A stretch of 64,000 bases of DNA from a virus, in the IMG/VR virus record IMGVR_UViG_3300016667_000333, positions 1 through 64,000 of that record. One strand, 5' to 3'. Both the position numbers and the translations under genes were made by a program. Under the pieces are notes generated by a model. The model made no database searches, was not told where the DNA came from, and saw nothing but the letters and a program-made list of their open reading frames with translations. This document shows positions 18,225 through 27,856 of the stretch, piece after piece. Within the stretch, counting starts at the first letter, position 1, and the number at the start of each line of letters is the position of its first letter.

Positions 18225-18979
18225 TGACTACTAACCTCGGACAGATATATGATGAGCTTCTCTTCAGAGCCGGAAAGGATCTGAGGGGTGGCTACATCAC
18301 GCCCGATGACTTTAACCGGGCTATCAAGATTGTTAATCAGCGTTATCTCAATACGCTTGTAGACAACTTTGAAAATAGCCGAGAGATTACTAGTGACTTT
18401 CAGACATTTATAAAGACTTTGGGTTCTCCTCAGTACCCCGCCATGTCGTTCACACCTGTGTTGCAGGGACGACCAGAACGCGGTGGGTACGCGGATATTC
18501 CTGCCGATATTTGGTATCAAGCAACTGCTAGTTTCCTTGAGCAGCTAAACAACAATTGCTCGTATGATACAAACTATCGGAGCATTGAGTTTGTGAGCCA
18601 ACACGAATTTGACGCTAAGATGCGTAACTCAATCACAAGCCCGGTTGACAACCCGCAGGAGAACGACCCAATCCTAGTCACGCGAAACGACAAATATTTT
18701 ATCTATCCGTACATGCCACGGATAACCTTTACTTACATACGAGAGCCGATTCAACCTGTATTTGACTACGACATTATTAACGGAATTCCCGTATATTTAC
18801 CACCGGGAGAGGTTCACGTTAACGGTTCCGTACAGGATGCTGGCACTCCGAGTTTGAGTGTTGAATTTGAGTATCCAGAAAGCTGTGTAGACCACTTGAC
18901 CGATTTGATCAAGACCTACATCGGAATTGGTAATGAGAACCAGTGGAACATTCAGACTCAAATGCCAAGTAAAGTATGA
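18224..18979 (+). CDS. Connector/tail-associated protein (position only)
   Basis: 251 aa; TAATG overlap with upstream gene, ATGA overlap downstream. Confidence 0.4.
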   Translation: MTTNLGQIYDELLFRAGKDLRGGYITPDDFNRAIKIVNQRYLNTLVDNFENSREITSDFQTFIKTLGSPQYPAMSFTPVLQGRPERGGYADIPADIWYQATASFLEQLNNNCSYDTNYRSIEFVSQHEFDAKMRNSITSPVDNPQENDPILVTRNDKYFIYPYMPRITFTYIREPIQPVFDYDIINGIPVYLPPGEVHVNGSVQDAGTPSLSVEFEYPESCVDHLTDLIKTYIGIGNENQWNIQTQMPSKV

Positions 18980-19575
18980 TAACCAAGCGCCAAGCCATAG
19001 AACTAATACAGCACAGGTTGACTGGCGGGGACACCCCGGAAGACTTGCGCCGCTTGTATCCACGTTCAATCATCTCTCGGATATTGAACCTAGCCCTTGC
19101 CGACATTGTATCACGCGACCCTTACGAGGCAAGCGACATGGCGGTTCCCTACACGTTTACTCCTGCTACTGACGCCAACGGTTACTATGTGACCCTTCTC
19201 CCACAGCCAATCGCGGGGACAATGGCAATCTTTAGCGTAGAGGATGAGTCGTCGGGGTTTAACTCATACTCGGTTCAGACCAAGGCAGAGTCAACCGCAC
19301 TCAACGTGCTTCGTGGGGGAAACACCTCAGCGGCAGTTCTTTTTAAGGACAAGCTGCGTTTTAACAAACGCCCAGAAGGGAACGTGACAGTGACTATGGT
19401 CCCTAACGTGTACCAGATGGAAGACGACGACGTCTTGATTATCCCAAGCGATGAGACGGGTAAGGGCGAGACAATGCTGTTCCAGGCTTGTATGCAACTA
19501 CTCTCGACGCAAGGGTTCCAGGACGACTTGAATAACGATGCGATTGACGCTCAAAACATGGGGGCTAGACAATGA
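18976..19575 (+). CDS. Connector/tail-associated protein (position only)
   Basis: 199 aa; ATGA-coupled on both sides. Confidence 0.4.
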   Translation: MITKRQAIELIQHRLTGGDTPEDLRRLYPRSIISRILNLALADIVSRDPYEASDMAVPYTFTPATDANGYYVTLLPQPIAGTMAIFSVEDESSGFNSYSVQTKAESTALNVLRGGNTSAAVLFKDKLRFNKRPEGNVTVTMVPNVYQMEDDDVLIIPSDETGKGETMLFQACMQLLSTQGFQDDLNNDAIDAQNMGARQ

Positions 19576-20303
19576 CCATTAAGAACATAAAATACATCGC
19601 CACATCGGCTCTGTACCGCCTGGGTAAGAACCCGGCAGGTCGTGAGTTGACCTGGATGACGCAGGTGGCTATTGACTACTTGAGCGAGAAGTCTCCACTC
19701 GATGGCAACGTGTCCCTCAAGACAGTCTACGCAAAGATTGATACGGGCGCACGGGTGTTTACCATGCCCGGGGACTGCATGAGGATATCTAAGGTTGGCT
19801 TGAAGTCAGGACGTCGTATTTGGACGTTGACTCCAGACACCTCACTTACCTACCCGGAGGAGTTCTTCCAGTGCGAGAGCGATCAAAATGATGGGGTGGT
19901 GCTGGACGGATACTTCCCGACGGGGTACTTTGGATACTTTTACAACTACCCGAACTATACAGTGGGTGGTGGCCGAAACGAAAACTACTACCGCATAGAC
20001 GGTAACAACATCATTTTCAGCCACAACATCCCCGACGGCCAGCTCGTGATCGAGTACTTCTCAAACGGGTCATCTGTTGATGAGAACACTCTGATTGATG
20101 CCGGATATGCTGAGCCTTTCCGCTTGTACTTAATGAGCGAGTACTGCTTCCACAAAGGAAACAGCGAGGACAGGGCAAAGTACAAGGAACTACAGATGCA
20201 ATACGAGGCTGCCCAGTGGAGCGCAAACCTTTTGATTAAGGCTCCGCGACTCAGTGAAATGATTGACGCTCTTGCACAGAGCTCAGAATTTAATCTTGGA
20301 TAA
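19572..20303 (+). CDS. Connector/tail-associated protein (position only)
   Basis: 243 aa; ATGA-coupled upstream, TAATG overlap downstream. Confidence 0.4.
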   Translation: MTIKNIKYIATSALYRLGKNPAGRELTWMTQVAIDYLSEKSPLDGNVSLKTVYAKIDTGARVFTMPGDCMRISKVGLKSGRRIWTLTPDTSLTYPEEFFQCESDQNDGVVLDGYFPTGYFGYFYNYPNYTVGGGRNENYYRIDGNNIIFSHNIPDGQLVIEYFSNGSSVDENTLIDAGYAEPFRLYLMSEYCFHKGNSEDRAKYKELQMQYEAAQWSANLLIKAPRLSEMIDALAQSSEFNLG

Positions 20304-23300
20304 TGGAGTTTAACGAGACCATAGTTTTTGCCGGAGGTATAAACACCGACGACACCCCCCAGGGCATGCCCAAGGGAGACTACCGCGACTTTTCATATTG
20401 CCGACTGGGTTACAATTCTGGTAACGCGTTTGCTGTAGAGACGTCAGACGGGACATTGGTCATCCCTAATCCAGACATAGAAATCCAAGACCAGATAATA
20501 GGTGCTACCCAATGGCTTAAACAGAACTCAATTGTATACTTCGTATTCAAGGCTAATCTTGTCCATGAGATATGGGTTTACAACATTGATAATCAAACTC
20601 ATACTGTTGCTGTACAAAGCAGCGAGCTTAATTTTAGCCGTGACTGGCCCGTTTTCCACGCTAATGTCGTAGACGACATCCTCAAGTGGACGGACGGCCG
20701 GTGGGACGCACAGATGTACGACGCGGACGGCAACAGGCTGTTCAACCCTCCCTACCAGATAAACATCCAAAGGGCGCTTGACAACTACTACCCTTCGATA
20801 ACACTCCAGACCCTTGACGCCATCAAGTGGCCAATGGAACCGCCTCGTGTTGAGTACATAACCGACCCTACAAGGAACGACAACAAGTTGCGTAAGAAGC
20901 TGTTTAAGTTTATAATACAGCCCATATACGAGAACAACGAGCCAGGCGTGTGGTCCATGTACTCTTCGCTAGAGTTGCCCACCGAGTCGGAGCTTGTTAC
21001 AGGTACAAACTTTATGTACCTAAACAACGACAACGGGATTAGGATCACGTTCAATACCGGCCCTAGCATAATAAGAAAGTTTAACGTTGCCGTACAGCAG
21101 TTTGACCAGACCACGTTCAACGCCGAGCCACAGTTCGGTATATTCTTGGAATTAGATAAGGAAACGGATGCTATTGCAGACAACGTAACGTACAGCTTTA
21201 ATTATTACGGGAACGTGGCTACCAAGCCAATACCCAATATATTCTTTAACTACGACCGCCTCCCGATAACGGCTAACTGCCAGGAGTACTTGCCGACCAA
21301 CCAGTTGGTGTACGCAAACTTTAGGGAGGGATACGACAAGATAGAGCTGGACGTGCAGCTTGGTTACAATCTAACAGAGATTGAAAACAATCCACACGGG
21401 GCGTTAAGTTTTAACATGAACTATCCGAGCAGCCCAGGAGCTGCAAGTTTTAACACGTATAATGATGAGTTTGACGCATTAACCCTTTTCCCGTTTGATG
21501 TTGGTATAGTCTTTTTTGGACCCTCTCCTGCTGAGGCGGGATATGGCCAGTTAACCTACCAGATCAGCTACGAAGATATACAACAGGCGTTGCTTGAAAC
21601 AACGATTATAGACCAGAACATAGCCATGGTCCAAATAATTGGCGACGCGTTTATGGCCCAGTTAGGATACGCTCCAGGGACCGCCTTCCAGGCAGGCACA
21701 GCTGTTCAGTACAACTTTACTACACTTGACGGAAACATTGGGGGACAGTTTGACCCCAGGATAAGGGCTACAAGGCAGACCAATCCAAGGCCTTCCCTCA
21801 AGGTAGGTGCTACACATAGCTTTGGTATTGTTTACGGAGACCGGGCTTATAGAGACGGCACCGTCTTGACAAACGACTCAATGGAGCTCTTTGTTCCGTG
21901 GTTTTATGACATAGATAGGTCCGGATTTAACAACATACAGAACCCGTTCACGGTGTTGCCCGAACTGACCATCAACCACCAGCCACCTGTGTGGGCTACC
22001 AAGTATTGGATTGTGGCACAGCCGGCTACTGAGATATTGAGCTTTGGTCAGTATACCGTAACTAATGCCGAGGCATATGAGTCAGCCATAACCCTTGAAC
22101 AGGAAACAAACAACAGGTACAAGATAGAGATTGATAACTACTATGAGACCCAGAACAAGGGCGCGAAAATAGCACACCAGATAAAGCAGGGGGACAGGGT
22201 AAGGTTTATACGCCAGAGACCAGAGGGTGACGACAGCAACATGACCACTCTTGAGTACTTGCCCTACATAGAGTTAGAAGTGCTTGAGTATAATCCTGTC
22301 GGCGGATCTATTAGCAGCGGCGTGCCAAGGCAGGTCATATACGTGACCCTTTTTGACACGGGGGCTATTGAAGACAGCCTCAACCTAACTAACGGAAACC
22401 TGTTTGGTCAGCTCATAGAGATATACACACCAAAGCCCGCAGTTGACGACAACGGAGGCTTGTTTATATCCGCATACAAGGACGTGTACGGGCCTATTGA
22501 TATAGTAAACCCGCACACAGACGACAGGTCTCACGGGATATCCTACCAGTACCTTGTCAACGTAGACCGCACAAACCCTTTGTCTCCGTTCTTTTTCATA
22601 AACGGGGACGTGACCAACTTGATTAACACGGGTTGGACTGCTTACATTTACAATCCAGTTGGAGGCCTTATAGACACGCAAAACGTGATACTTGACTTTG
22701 TTAGGTATAACGCCACTAACAACTGGACGGCGGTTGAGTTCCTTGGCATACCAAGCATTCTGCCTACGTATGGATATGTAACCCTGACCCGAGACACCCC
22801 GCAGCAGTATGTTGACGGCACGTTTGTACAGGCTGCCGTGTTAAATATAAACTACGGGGACGTTTACCTAAGGACCAGAAACTATTTCACGGGATTGAAC
22901 ACCGACAGCGCGATGTATTACTACATCGTAGAGGACCCGCATTATTCCGACTACTGGCTGAGTGACATACACCAGACTGGAAGGATTCGGATCCAGGACC
23001 CCAACGGCAAGATGGTAAACCGAATAGCTGCCGCGATACATTCCGGATCCTATATCATCGGGACCCAGATAAACGGGCTGTCTACGTTCACGTTTGACAG
23101 CAACAACCTGGAAGACATGAACCCGTTGTATGGCGAGATTACACGCACCTACATGTCTGGCCGAGAGGGTAAGACGCTGAAGTGTTTGCAAGAGAAGAAG
23201 GAGAACTCGATATATATCCAGTACTACCCCAACGAGGTGGGTTCCGACTCTAGCGTTAGGGTTTCAAACAAGACTTTTGCTTCTTGGTTTGACTACAGGA

Positions 23301-24607
23301 GCCTGTTTGGTTGCTCAGACGCGGGAGCTACGGCCCTGTTGCCAGACGGCAGCACCATATACTTTGACAACAACGCGGGGGTGTTTATCTACTCTACCGG
23401 CAATGGACAGGTGGTGGTGAGCGAAATAGACCCCACGACAAAGACTGACTTTAAGTTTAGGACCAAGACCAAGCAGCTTGCCGCTTCATACAACGCCAGT
23501 ACAGCTCCCGTGGTTCGCACCTATGTGAACGAGACGGTCGGCGAGGTAGGCTTTGCTTTCCGTTTTGATGTCCCCTATTCTGGAGAGGCCCAGGGCATAT
23601 TTAACCCTGCCGTTGGTCAACTAGTTGAAGGGTTCATACTGTTTGGAGGCAATTTTGAATACCTGTACGGGTATGACATGGTACTTTATTTTACCGGAAC
23701 CAATAACGCGTATTCTGGCACGGTAAACTCTGTTGCGTACCAGCCGCTGTCTAACAGCACCATAATCACCCTTAACGGGGTAGAGCCAGACGTGGCCGAC
23801 TATCTCCAGCCCGGATACTACTACACGACTAGCGGACTGTCTTACGACCACGTGGTTTTTGACTACGTCAACATGCGTTGGAGGTCAACCTACGACTACA
23901 ACTTCCAGCAGTTCTGTAACCTAGGCCAGACGTTGGTTGGGTGGGGCACAGACAACCAGTTGTACCTACACAACCAGTACGGAAACTGGACGTTCCACGG
24001 GGAACCGTTTACTCAAAAGGTGACGTTTGTGTCAAACGAGCAACCGTTGCAGCTGAAGAGATACCAAGACATCGTGCTTGTTTCAGACGACCTGTTCTCT
24101 ATCGAGGCGCAGTCTGAGCCGAACAGGAGCTATCCTATGGGCATGAAAACAACGATGCCTACTAACCTAATCAGCACATACGAGGGGTACGGAAAGGTCG
24201 CCTACAGAAAGAACCTGTATGACGCTAAGTTCTTTAACGACAACAACACGAGCTCGTCGTTTTACGCACCGCCGCTACAGCCCGTAAACGGGTGGGTGTT
24301 TGACTTCGACCAGAGCACTCTGCTTGGGGATGTTGTGACCATCATGCAGAGCGACGGAAACATATTTACAGGCATCGTGACGCTTGCCAACTACGACACG
24401 GTAAACGACTGGACGTTGATTACCTTACAGGACCAAGCGCCGGGTACTAACAACGTCCCTGGCACATGGTACTTGAGCGAGCGCGCACTGTTAAACGGTC
24501 AGGACATTAGGGCAAACGCCTTGACCCATACGCTTGAATACGATCCAACCGTAAGCGGCGACAGTTCTATTCTTTTCACAGTTGGAATTAAGGGTGTTTT
24601 ATCTTAA
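20303..24607 (+). CDS. Giant tail/nozzle-type structural protein
   Basis: 1434 aa, N/T/Y/G-rich beta-type composition, no TM or coiled coil; call by position. Confidence 0.45.
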   Translation: MEFNETIVFAGGINTDDTPQGMPKGDYRDFSYCRLGYNSGNAFAVETSDGTLVIPNPDIEIQDQIIGATQWLKQNSIVYFVFKANLVHEIWVYNIDNQTHTVAVQSSELNFSRDWPVFHANVVDDILKWTDGRWDAQMYDADGNRLFNPPYQINIQRALDNYYPSITLQTLDAIKWPMEPPRVEYITDPTRNDNKLRKKLFKFIIQPIYENNEPGVWSMYSSLELPTESELVTGTNFMYLNNDNGIRITFNTGPSIIRKFNVAVQQFDQTTFNAEPQFGIFLELDKETDAIADNVTYSFNYYGNVATKPIPNIFFNYDRLPITANCQEYLPTNQLVYANFREGYDKIELDVQLGYNLTEIENNPHGALSFNMNYPSSPGAASFNTYNDEFDALTLFPFDVGIVFFGPSPAEAGYGQLTYQISYEDIQQALLETTIIDQNIAMVQIIGDAFMAQLGYAPGTAFQAGTAVQYNFTTLDGNIGGQFDPRIRATRQTNPRPSLKVGATHSFGIVYGDRAYRDGTVLTNDSMELFVPWFYDIDRSGFNNIQNPFTVLPELTINHQPPVWATKYWIVAQPATEILSFGQYTVTNAEAYESAITLEQETNNRYKIEIDNYYETQNKGAKIAHQIKQGDRVRFIRQRPEGDDSNMTTLEYLPYIELEVLEYNPVGGSISSGVPRQVIYVTLFDTGAIEDSLNLTNGNLFGQLIEIYTPKPAVDDNGGLFISAYKDVYGPIDIVNPHTDDRSHGISYQYLVNVDRTNPLSPFFFINGDVTNLINTGWTAYIYNPVGGLIDTQNVILDFVRYNATNNWTAVEFLGIPSILPTYGYVTLTRDTPQQYVDGTFVQAAVLNINYGDVYLRTRNYFTGLNTDSAMYYYIVEDPHYSDYWLSDIHQTGRIRIQDPNGKMVNRIAAAIHSGSYIIGTQINGLSTFTFDSNNLEDMNPLYGEITRTYMSGREGKTLKCLQEKKENSIYIQYYPNEVGSDSSVRVSNKTFASWFDYRSLFGCSDAGATALLPDGSTIYFDNNAGVFIYSTGNGQVVVSEIDPTTKTDFKFRTKTKQLAASYNASTAPVVRTYVNETVGEVGFAFRFDVPYSGEAQGIFNPAVGQLVEGFILFGGNFEYLYGYDMVLYFTGTNNAYSGTVNSVAYQPLSNSTIITLNGVEPDVADYLQPGYYYTTSGLSYDHVVFDYVNMRWRSTYDYNFQQFCNLGQTLVGWGTDNQLYLHNQYGNWTFHGEPFTQKVTFVSNEQPLQLKRYQDIVLVSDDLFSIEAQSEPNRSYPMGMKTTMPTNLISTYEGYGKVAYRKNLYDAKFFNDNNTSSSFYAPPLQPVNGWVFDFDQSTLLGDVVTIMQSDGNIFTGIVTLANYDTVNDWTLITLQDQAPGTNNVPGTWYLSERALLNGQDIRANALTHTLEYDPTVSGDSSILFTVGIKGVLS

Positions 24608-24618
24608 ATTTGCGAGCT

Positions 24619-25965
24619 ATGGCAGAAACAGCGAATTCTAGTTTTATGAGCCCCGAGCTTGTGTCGCTCATGGTACAGATGGGTCCCACCATATACCAGG
24701 GCTTGCTAGGACGCAAGCAGGCAAAGGAGGCTGAGAAGCTCCGTAACTCCCTTGTTAGGCCAGAGATGCCTATACAGCCAAGCTATCAGAAAGCACTTGG
24801 CATGGCGGAACAAGCAGCTGGTTCTCGTTACATGAGCAACCAGCGTGCAATCGAGCAGGGCATAGAGCAGAGTGGGGCAGACCTACTCGGCACTGCAAGC
24901 CAGAGCGCTACCAGCACACAGGACTTGCAGAACGTGTTGAAGAAGGTTTCTGAGGACATCACCAAGGCCAAGGGTAACCTCGGCATGCAGGCCGCCTCAG
25001 ACTATGAAAGGAGACAGCTGGCATTGCAGCAGATGTACCAGACCATGGGCGGCCTTGAGCAAACCCAGTGGGACTACAACACCAAACAGAAGTTTGACGA
25101 TGACGCTGCTGCTGCTGCTGCCCTTGAGACGGCGGCTATTACAAACAAGTCCCGAGCCCTACAAGGCCTTGGACAGGCGACAGGCCAGTTCTTGACTACG
25201 GACGCTGCCCGGAACATGCTAAACAGCATTGGATCTGGCAGAAGGTCTAGCCAGAACGTGAGAAACCAGATAGATGCCATGAATGGTATTAGTGGAAGTG
25301 TTGATGACCAAAGCATTAATCCGGTTGGCTACGTTGAACCGCCTAACTTAACGGACGCCCAGATGCTTGATATCACTGGCATGCGTTCTACAGACTTGAT
25401 TACGCAGCAGGCTGCTGCGGATGCGGCTAGAAGAGACCTTATGGCCAGACAGGCTCAGTTTGCACTCGAACAGAGACGCAGACAGGCAGCTACTCCATCT
25501 TCAACATACCAACAAAAGATGGGACTGGCTAACAACCCGGCTACCCCATACACGCCGCCCGCATATACTCCAGGCACTGGCACCGCGATGCCTAGTTCTA
25601 CTCCAGGAATGAGTTCTAAGTTAGGAATGGACGCGGATTACTTTGATGACCGTGACATGGCGGCCTATTCTATGGGCAACAGTTATGGAATACAACCTAT
25701 TCCGACTGTTGGATTTCCGCCATATCAGTCAATGCAACCGAACATACAATACGGTGCAAGGAATATTGGCGCAACAAATACGGCAAGCCCTGCATATGGA
25801 CAACAGATGATGACAAATCTTATGAACATGGGTATACAGCCCGGTATTTACACGAGTCCATCAGCAATCAATGCTCAAAATCAAGCAGCTTCTGGCCAGG
25901 TGCCGTCATCTGTTAACGACATGTTGAATTTAATGATGTTCAATCGAGGAATAAATCCATACTAA
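24619..25965 (+). CDS. Q/A/M/P-rich internal virion protein candidate
   Basis: 448 aa from ATG 24619 (track ORF starts at TTG 24610); low-complexity composition; position like ejected core proteins of podophages. Confidence 0.4.
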   Translation: MAETANSSFMSPELVSLMVQMGPTIYQGLLGRKQAKEAEKLRNSLVRPEMPIQPSYQKALGMAEQAAGSRYMSNQRAIEQGIEQSGADLLGTASQSATSTQDLQNVLKKVSEDITKAKGNLGMQAASDYERRQLALQQMYQTMGGLEQTQWDYNTKQKFDDDAAAAAALETAAITNKSRALQGLGQATGQFLTTDAARNMLNSIGSGRRSSQNVRNQIDAMNGISGSVDDQSINPVGYVEPPNLTDAQMLDITGMRSTDLITQQAAADAARRDLMARQAQFALEQRRRQAATPSSTYQQKMGLANNPATPYTPPAYTPGTGTAMPSSTPGMSSKLGMDADYFDDRDMAAYSMGNSYGIQPIPTVGFPPYQSMQPNIQYGARNIGATNTASPAYGQQMMTNLMNMGIQPGIYTSPSAINAQNQAASGQVPSSVNDMLNLMMFNRGINPY

Positions 25966-25966
25966 A

Positions 25967-27838
25967 ATGGCAGTACCAAGCGCAGCGAGAGTAAACGACA
26001 AGTATACAGGCGAGGCTACTGTAATAGATAATAGCGCCTTTTACAACACGATGTACAACATCCAGAAGGATATTGTAGCCCAGAAAAAGGCAAAGGAGCT
26101 TGAGCTAAAGAAACAGAACCAGGCATGGAACACTCTATTAGAGGAGATGCCCGACGTTTGGCAGGCAGACTCTGAGTACGTAAACAAGGCCCTCAACGAG
26201 TACAACGACTTCATCATAGACCTAAAGTCAAAGGGTTTGGACCCTAACGACCTGGACATCGCCACGATGAAGAAGATGCGTGAACTTGAAAACAACGTGG
26301 CCAAGGCCGCTTCTTACGCTAAGGACAACGAGACCTATTACAACCAGACCTTTGCCGAACTTAACAGGGACCGTGAGGGTAAGTACAACAAGCAGCACGC
26401 CACGGACTGGTTTAAGGCTTACGCAGACCCCAAACTTTCTCCACAGGAGCGATATAAGCTGAGGACAGAGGGTAACCCGTTCAAAGTAAACCACTCGCTC
26501 ATTGACTTCATAGACTACACTATTCCCAAGGAGGGATCGACAGATACTGGAAAGAAGAAGATTATTTCACGCGACGAGGCGCAGCACAAGGCTGTGGTGT
26601 TAGACTACATCATGAACGACCCTGTCGGCAAGGAAAAGTACGACTCACTCAAGAAGGATGGCGAGGACGAGGTGGCCTTTGCGGAGCGTATTGCTAAAGA
26701 GGGCCAGGCAAGATATCCGATAAAAGAGGACTTGCAGACCGGTTCAACAGGCCGCTCAAGGTCTGGTACGGGTTCGGGCTATGGCTCTGGCACCAAGACA
26801 AAGAAGCCGTCAATCAAGGTGTCTACCAAGGACCCCGATCCAAAGTACGACCAGGGGATAGGCATAAACAAGATATTGTACGACAACACTAAGCCTGTAT
26901 ACGTTAAAGATGTTGAAGGAAATGTTGTGGATAATTTTGAGCCAACTGGTGGGTTTAAAATAAGCCCAGATGGCAACGTGTATGCGGTAGGTACAGGCAA
27001 GAACAAGCAAGGTGGTCAGATAGAGGTCATAGTCAATTATGGCCAGAACAAGGACCAGTTTGACGTTGCTGGGTACACCGACGTGTTCCAGGACTTCTAC
27101 AACAAGAACAACCAAAAGGCTAGTGGTACAGGCGCAAGCGCTTCTGGAAGCGGCAGTTTGGCTGACCAGATGAGGGCGAATGCCGGTGTTGCTACCGGTC
27201 AAAAAAAAAAAGTAGCTAGTACTACAGCAGCGCAAACAGGTACTACAACCGCAACCGCTTCACAGGCAGCTGCACCAGCAGCTCAGACATCTTCTAAAAC
27301 CAGTACAGGCACAACGAAGGGTGGATGGAAGGATGAGTGGACAATAAGGATGTTGGAACACGAGCAGGCTTATGGGGCCCCAGGCGGAAATAAGTTTGAT
27401 CCAAAGGGTAAATACGCCTTTGAGAACTGGACTGGTAAGAATGCCCAGCGCATGGAAGACGAGTACATCAAGCCAGTAAGGTCTCAAGTTCCAGGCTTTG
27501 ATTCGTTGCCAGACCAGACAAAGGTTAGGCTTGTTGACTACCGATTCAATACAGGTAGAAGCACAAAGGATTTGATTTTGCTTGCCGCTGGACTCATAGA
27601 CATTGACCAGATAAATGCCGATGAAAAAACACGACCTGGCGTAGGCAAGGAGTTGAAGGATGCGTGGGCGAAATTTGATCAAAATGAACTAAAAGATCCT
27701 AACTTTGCTAAAAAGATTGACGCCGCTAAAAAGGAGGTCTACAAGACAACAAAGTCCGCAAACCCAGACCTAGACCCAGACAACTTAGCGAAAAACTGGC
27801 TGGTAAGGACGGACATGTGGAACGACTTTTCTTTTTGA
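25967..27838 (+). CDS. Virion-associated protein with C-terminal lysozyme-like domain
   Basis: 623 aa. A charged N-terminal part is joined by a G/S/T/A linker to a C-terminal ~170 aa (27320..27835). That part contains MLEHEQAYGAPGGNKFDPKG, which resembles the GH108/GH24 catalytic EGG region, and LPDQTKVRLVDYRFNTGRST, which resembles the T4 lysozyme segment LDAVRRAAIINMVFQMGETG. Confidence 0.45.
   Translation: MAVPSAARVNDKYTGEATVIDNSAFYNTMYNIQKDIVAQKKAKELELKKQNQAWNTLLEEMPDVWQADSEYVNKALNEYNDFIIDLKSKGLDPNDLDIATMKKMRELENNVAKAASYAKDNETYYNQTFAELNRDREGKYNKQHATDWFKAYADPKLSPQERYKLRTEGNPFKVNHSLIDFIDYTIPKEGSTDTGKKKIISRDEAQHKAVVLDYIMNDPVGKEKYDSLKKDGEDEVAFAERIAKEGQARYPIKEDLQTGSTGRSRSGTGSGYGSGTKTKKPSIKVSTKDPDPKYDQGIGINKILYDNTKPVYVKDVEGNVVDNFEPTGGFKISPDGNVYAVGTGKNKQGGQIEVIVNYGQNKDQFDVAGYTDVFQDFYNKNNQKASGTGASASGSGSLADQMRANAGVATGQKKKVASTTAAQTGTTTATASQAAAPAAQTSSKTSTGTTKGGWKDEWTIRMLEHEQAYGAPGGNKFDPKGKYAFENWTGKNAQRMEDEYIKPVRSQVPGFDSLPDQTKVRLVDYRFNTGRSTKDLILLAAGLIDIDQINADEKTRPGVGKELKDAWAKFDQNELKDPNFAKKIDAAKKEVYKTTKSANPDLDPDNLAKNWLVRTDMWNDFSF
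27201..27211 (+). other. A11 homopolymer inside the linker of 25967..27838
   Basis: caa aaa aaa aaa gta gct agt; loss of one A gives AAG TAG, gain of one A gives AGT AGC TAG. Confidence 0.9.
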
Positions 27839-27856
27839 GCATAAAAAAGTACTTAA

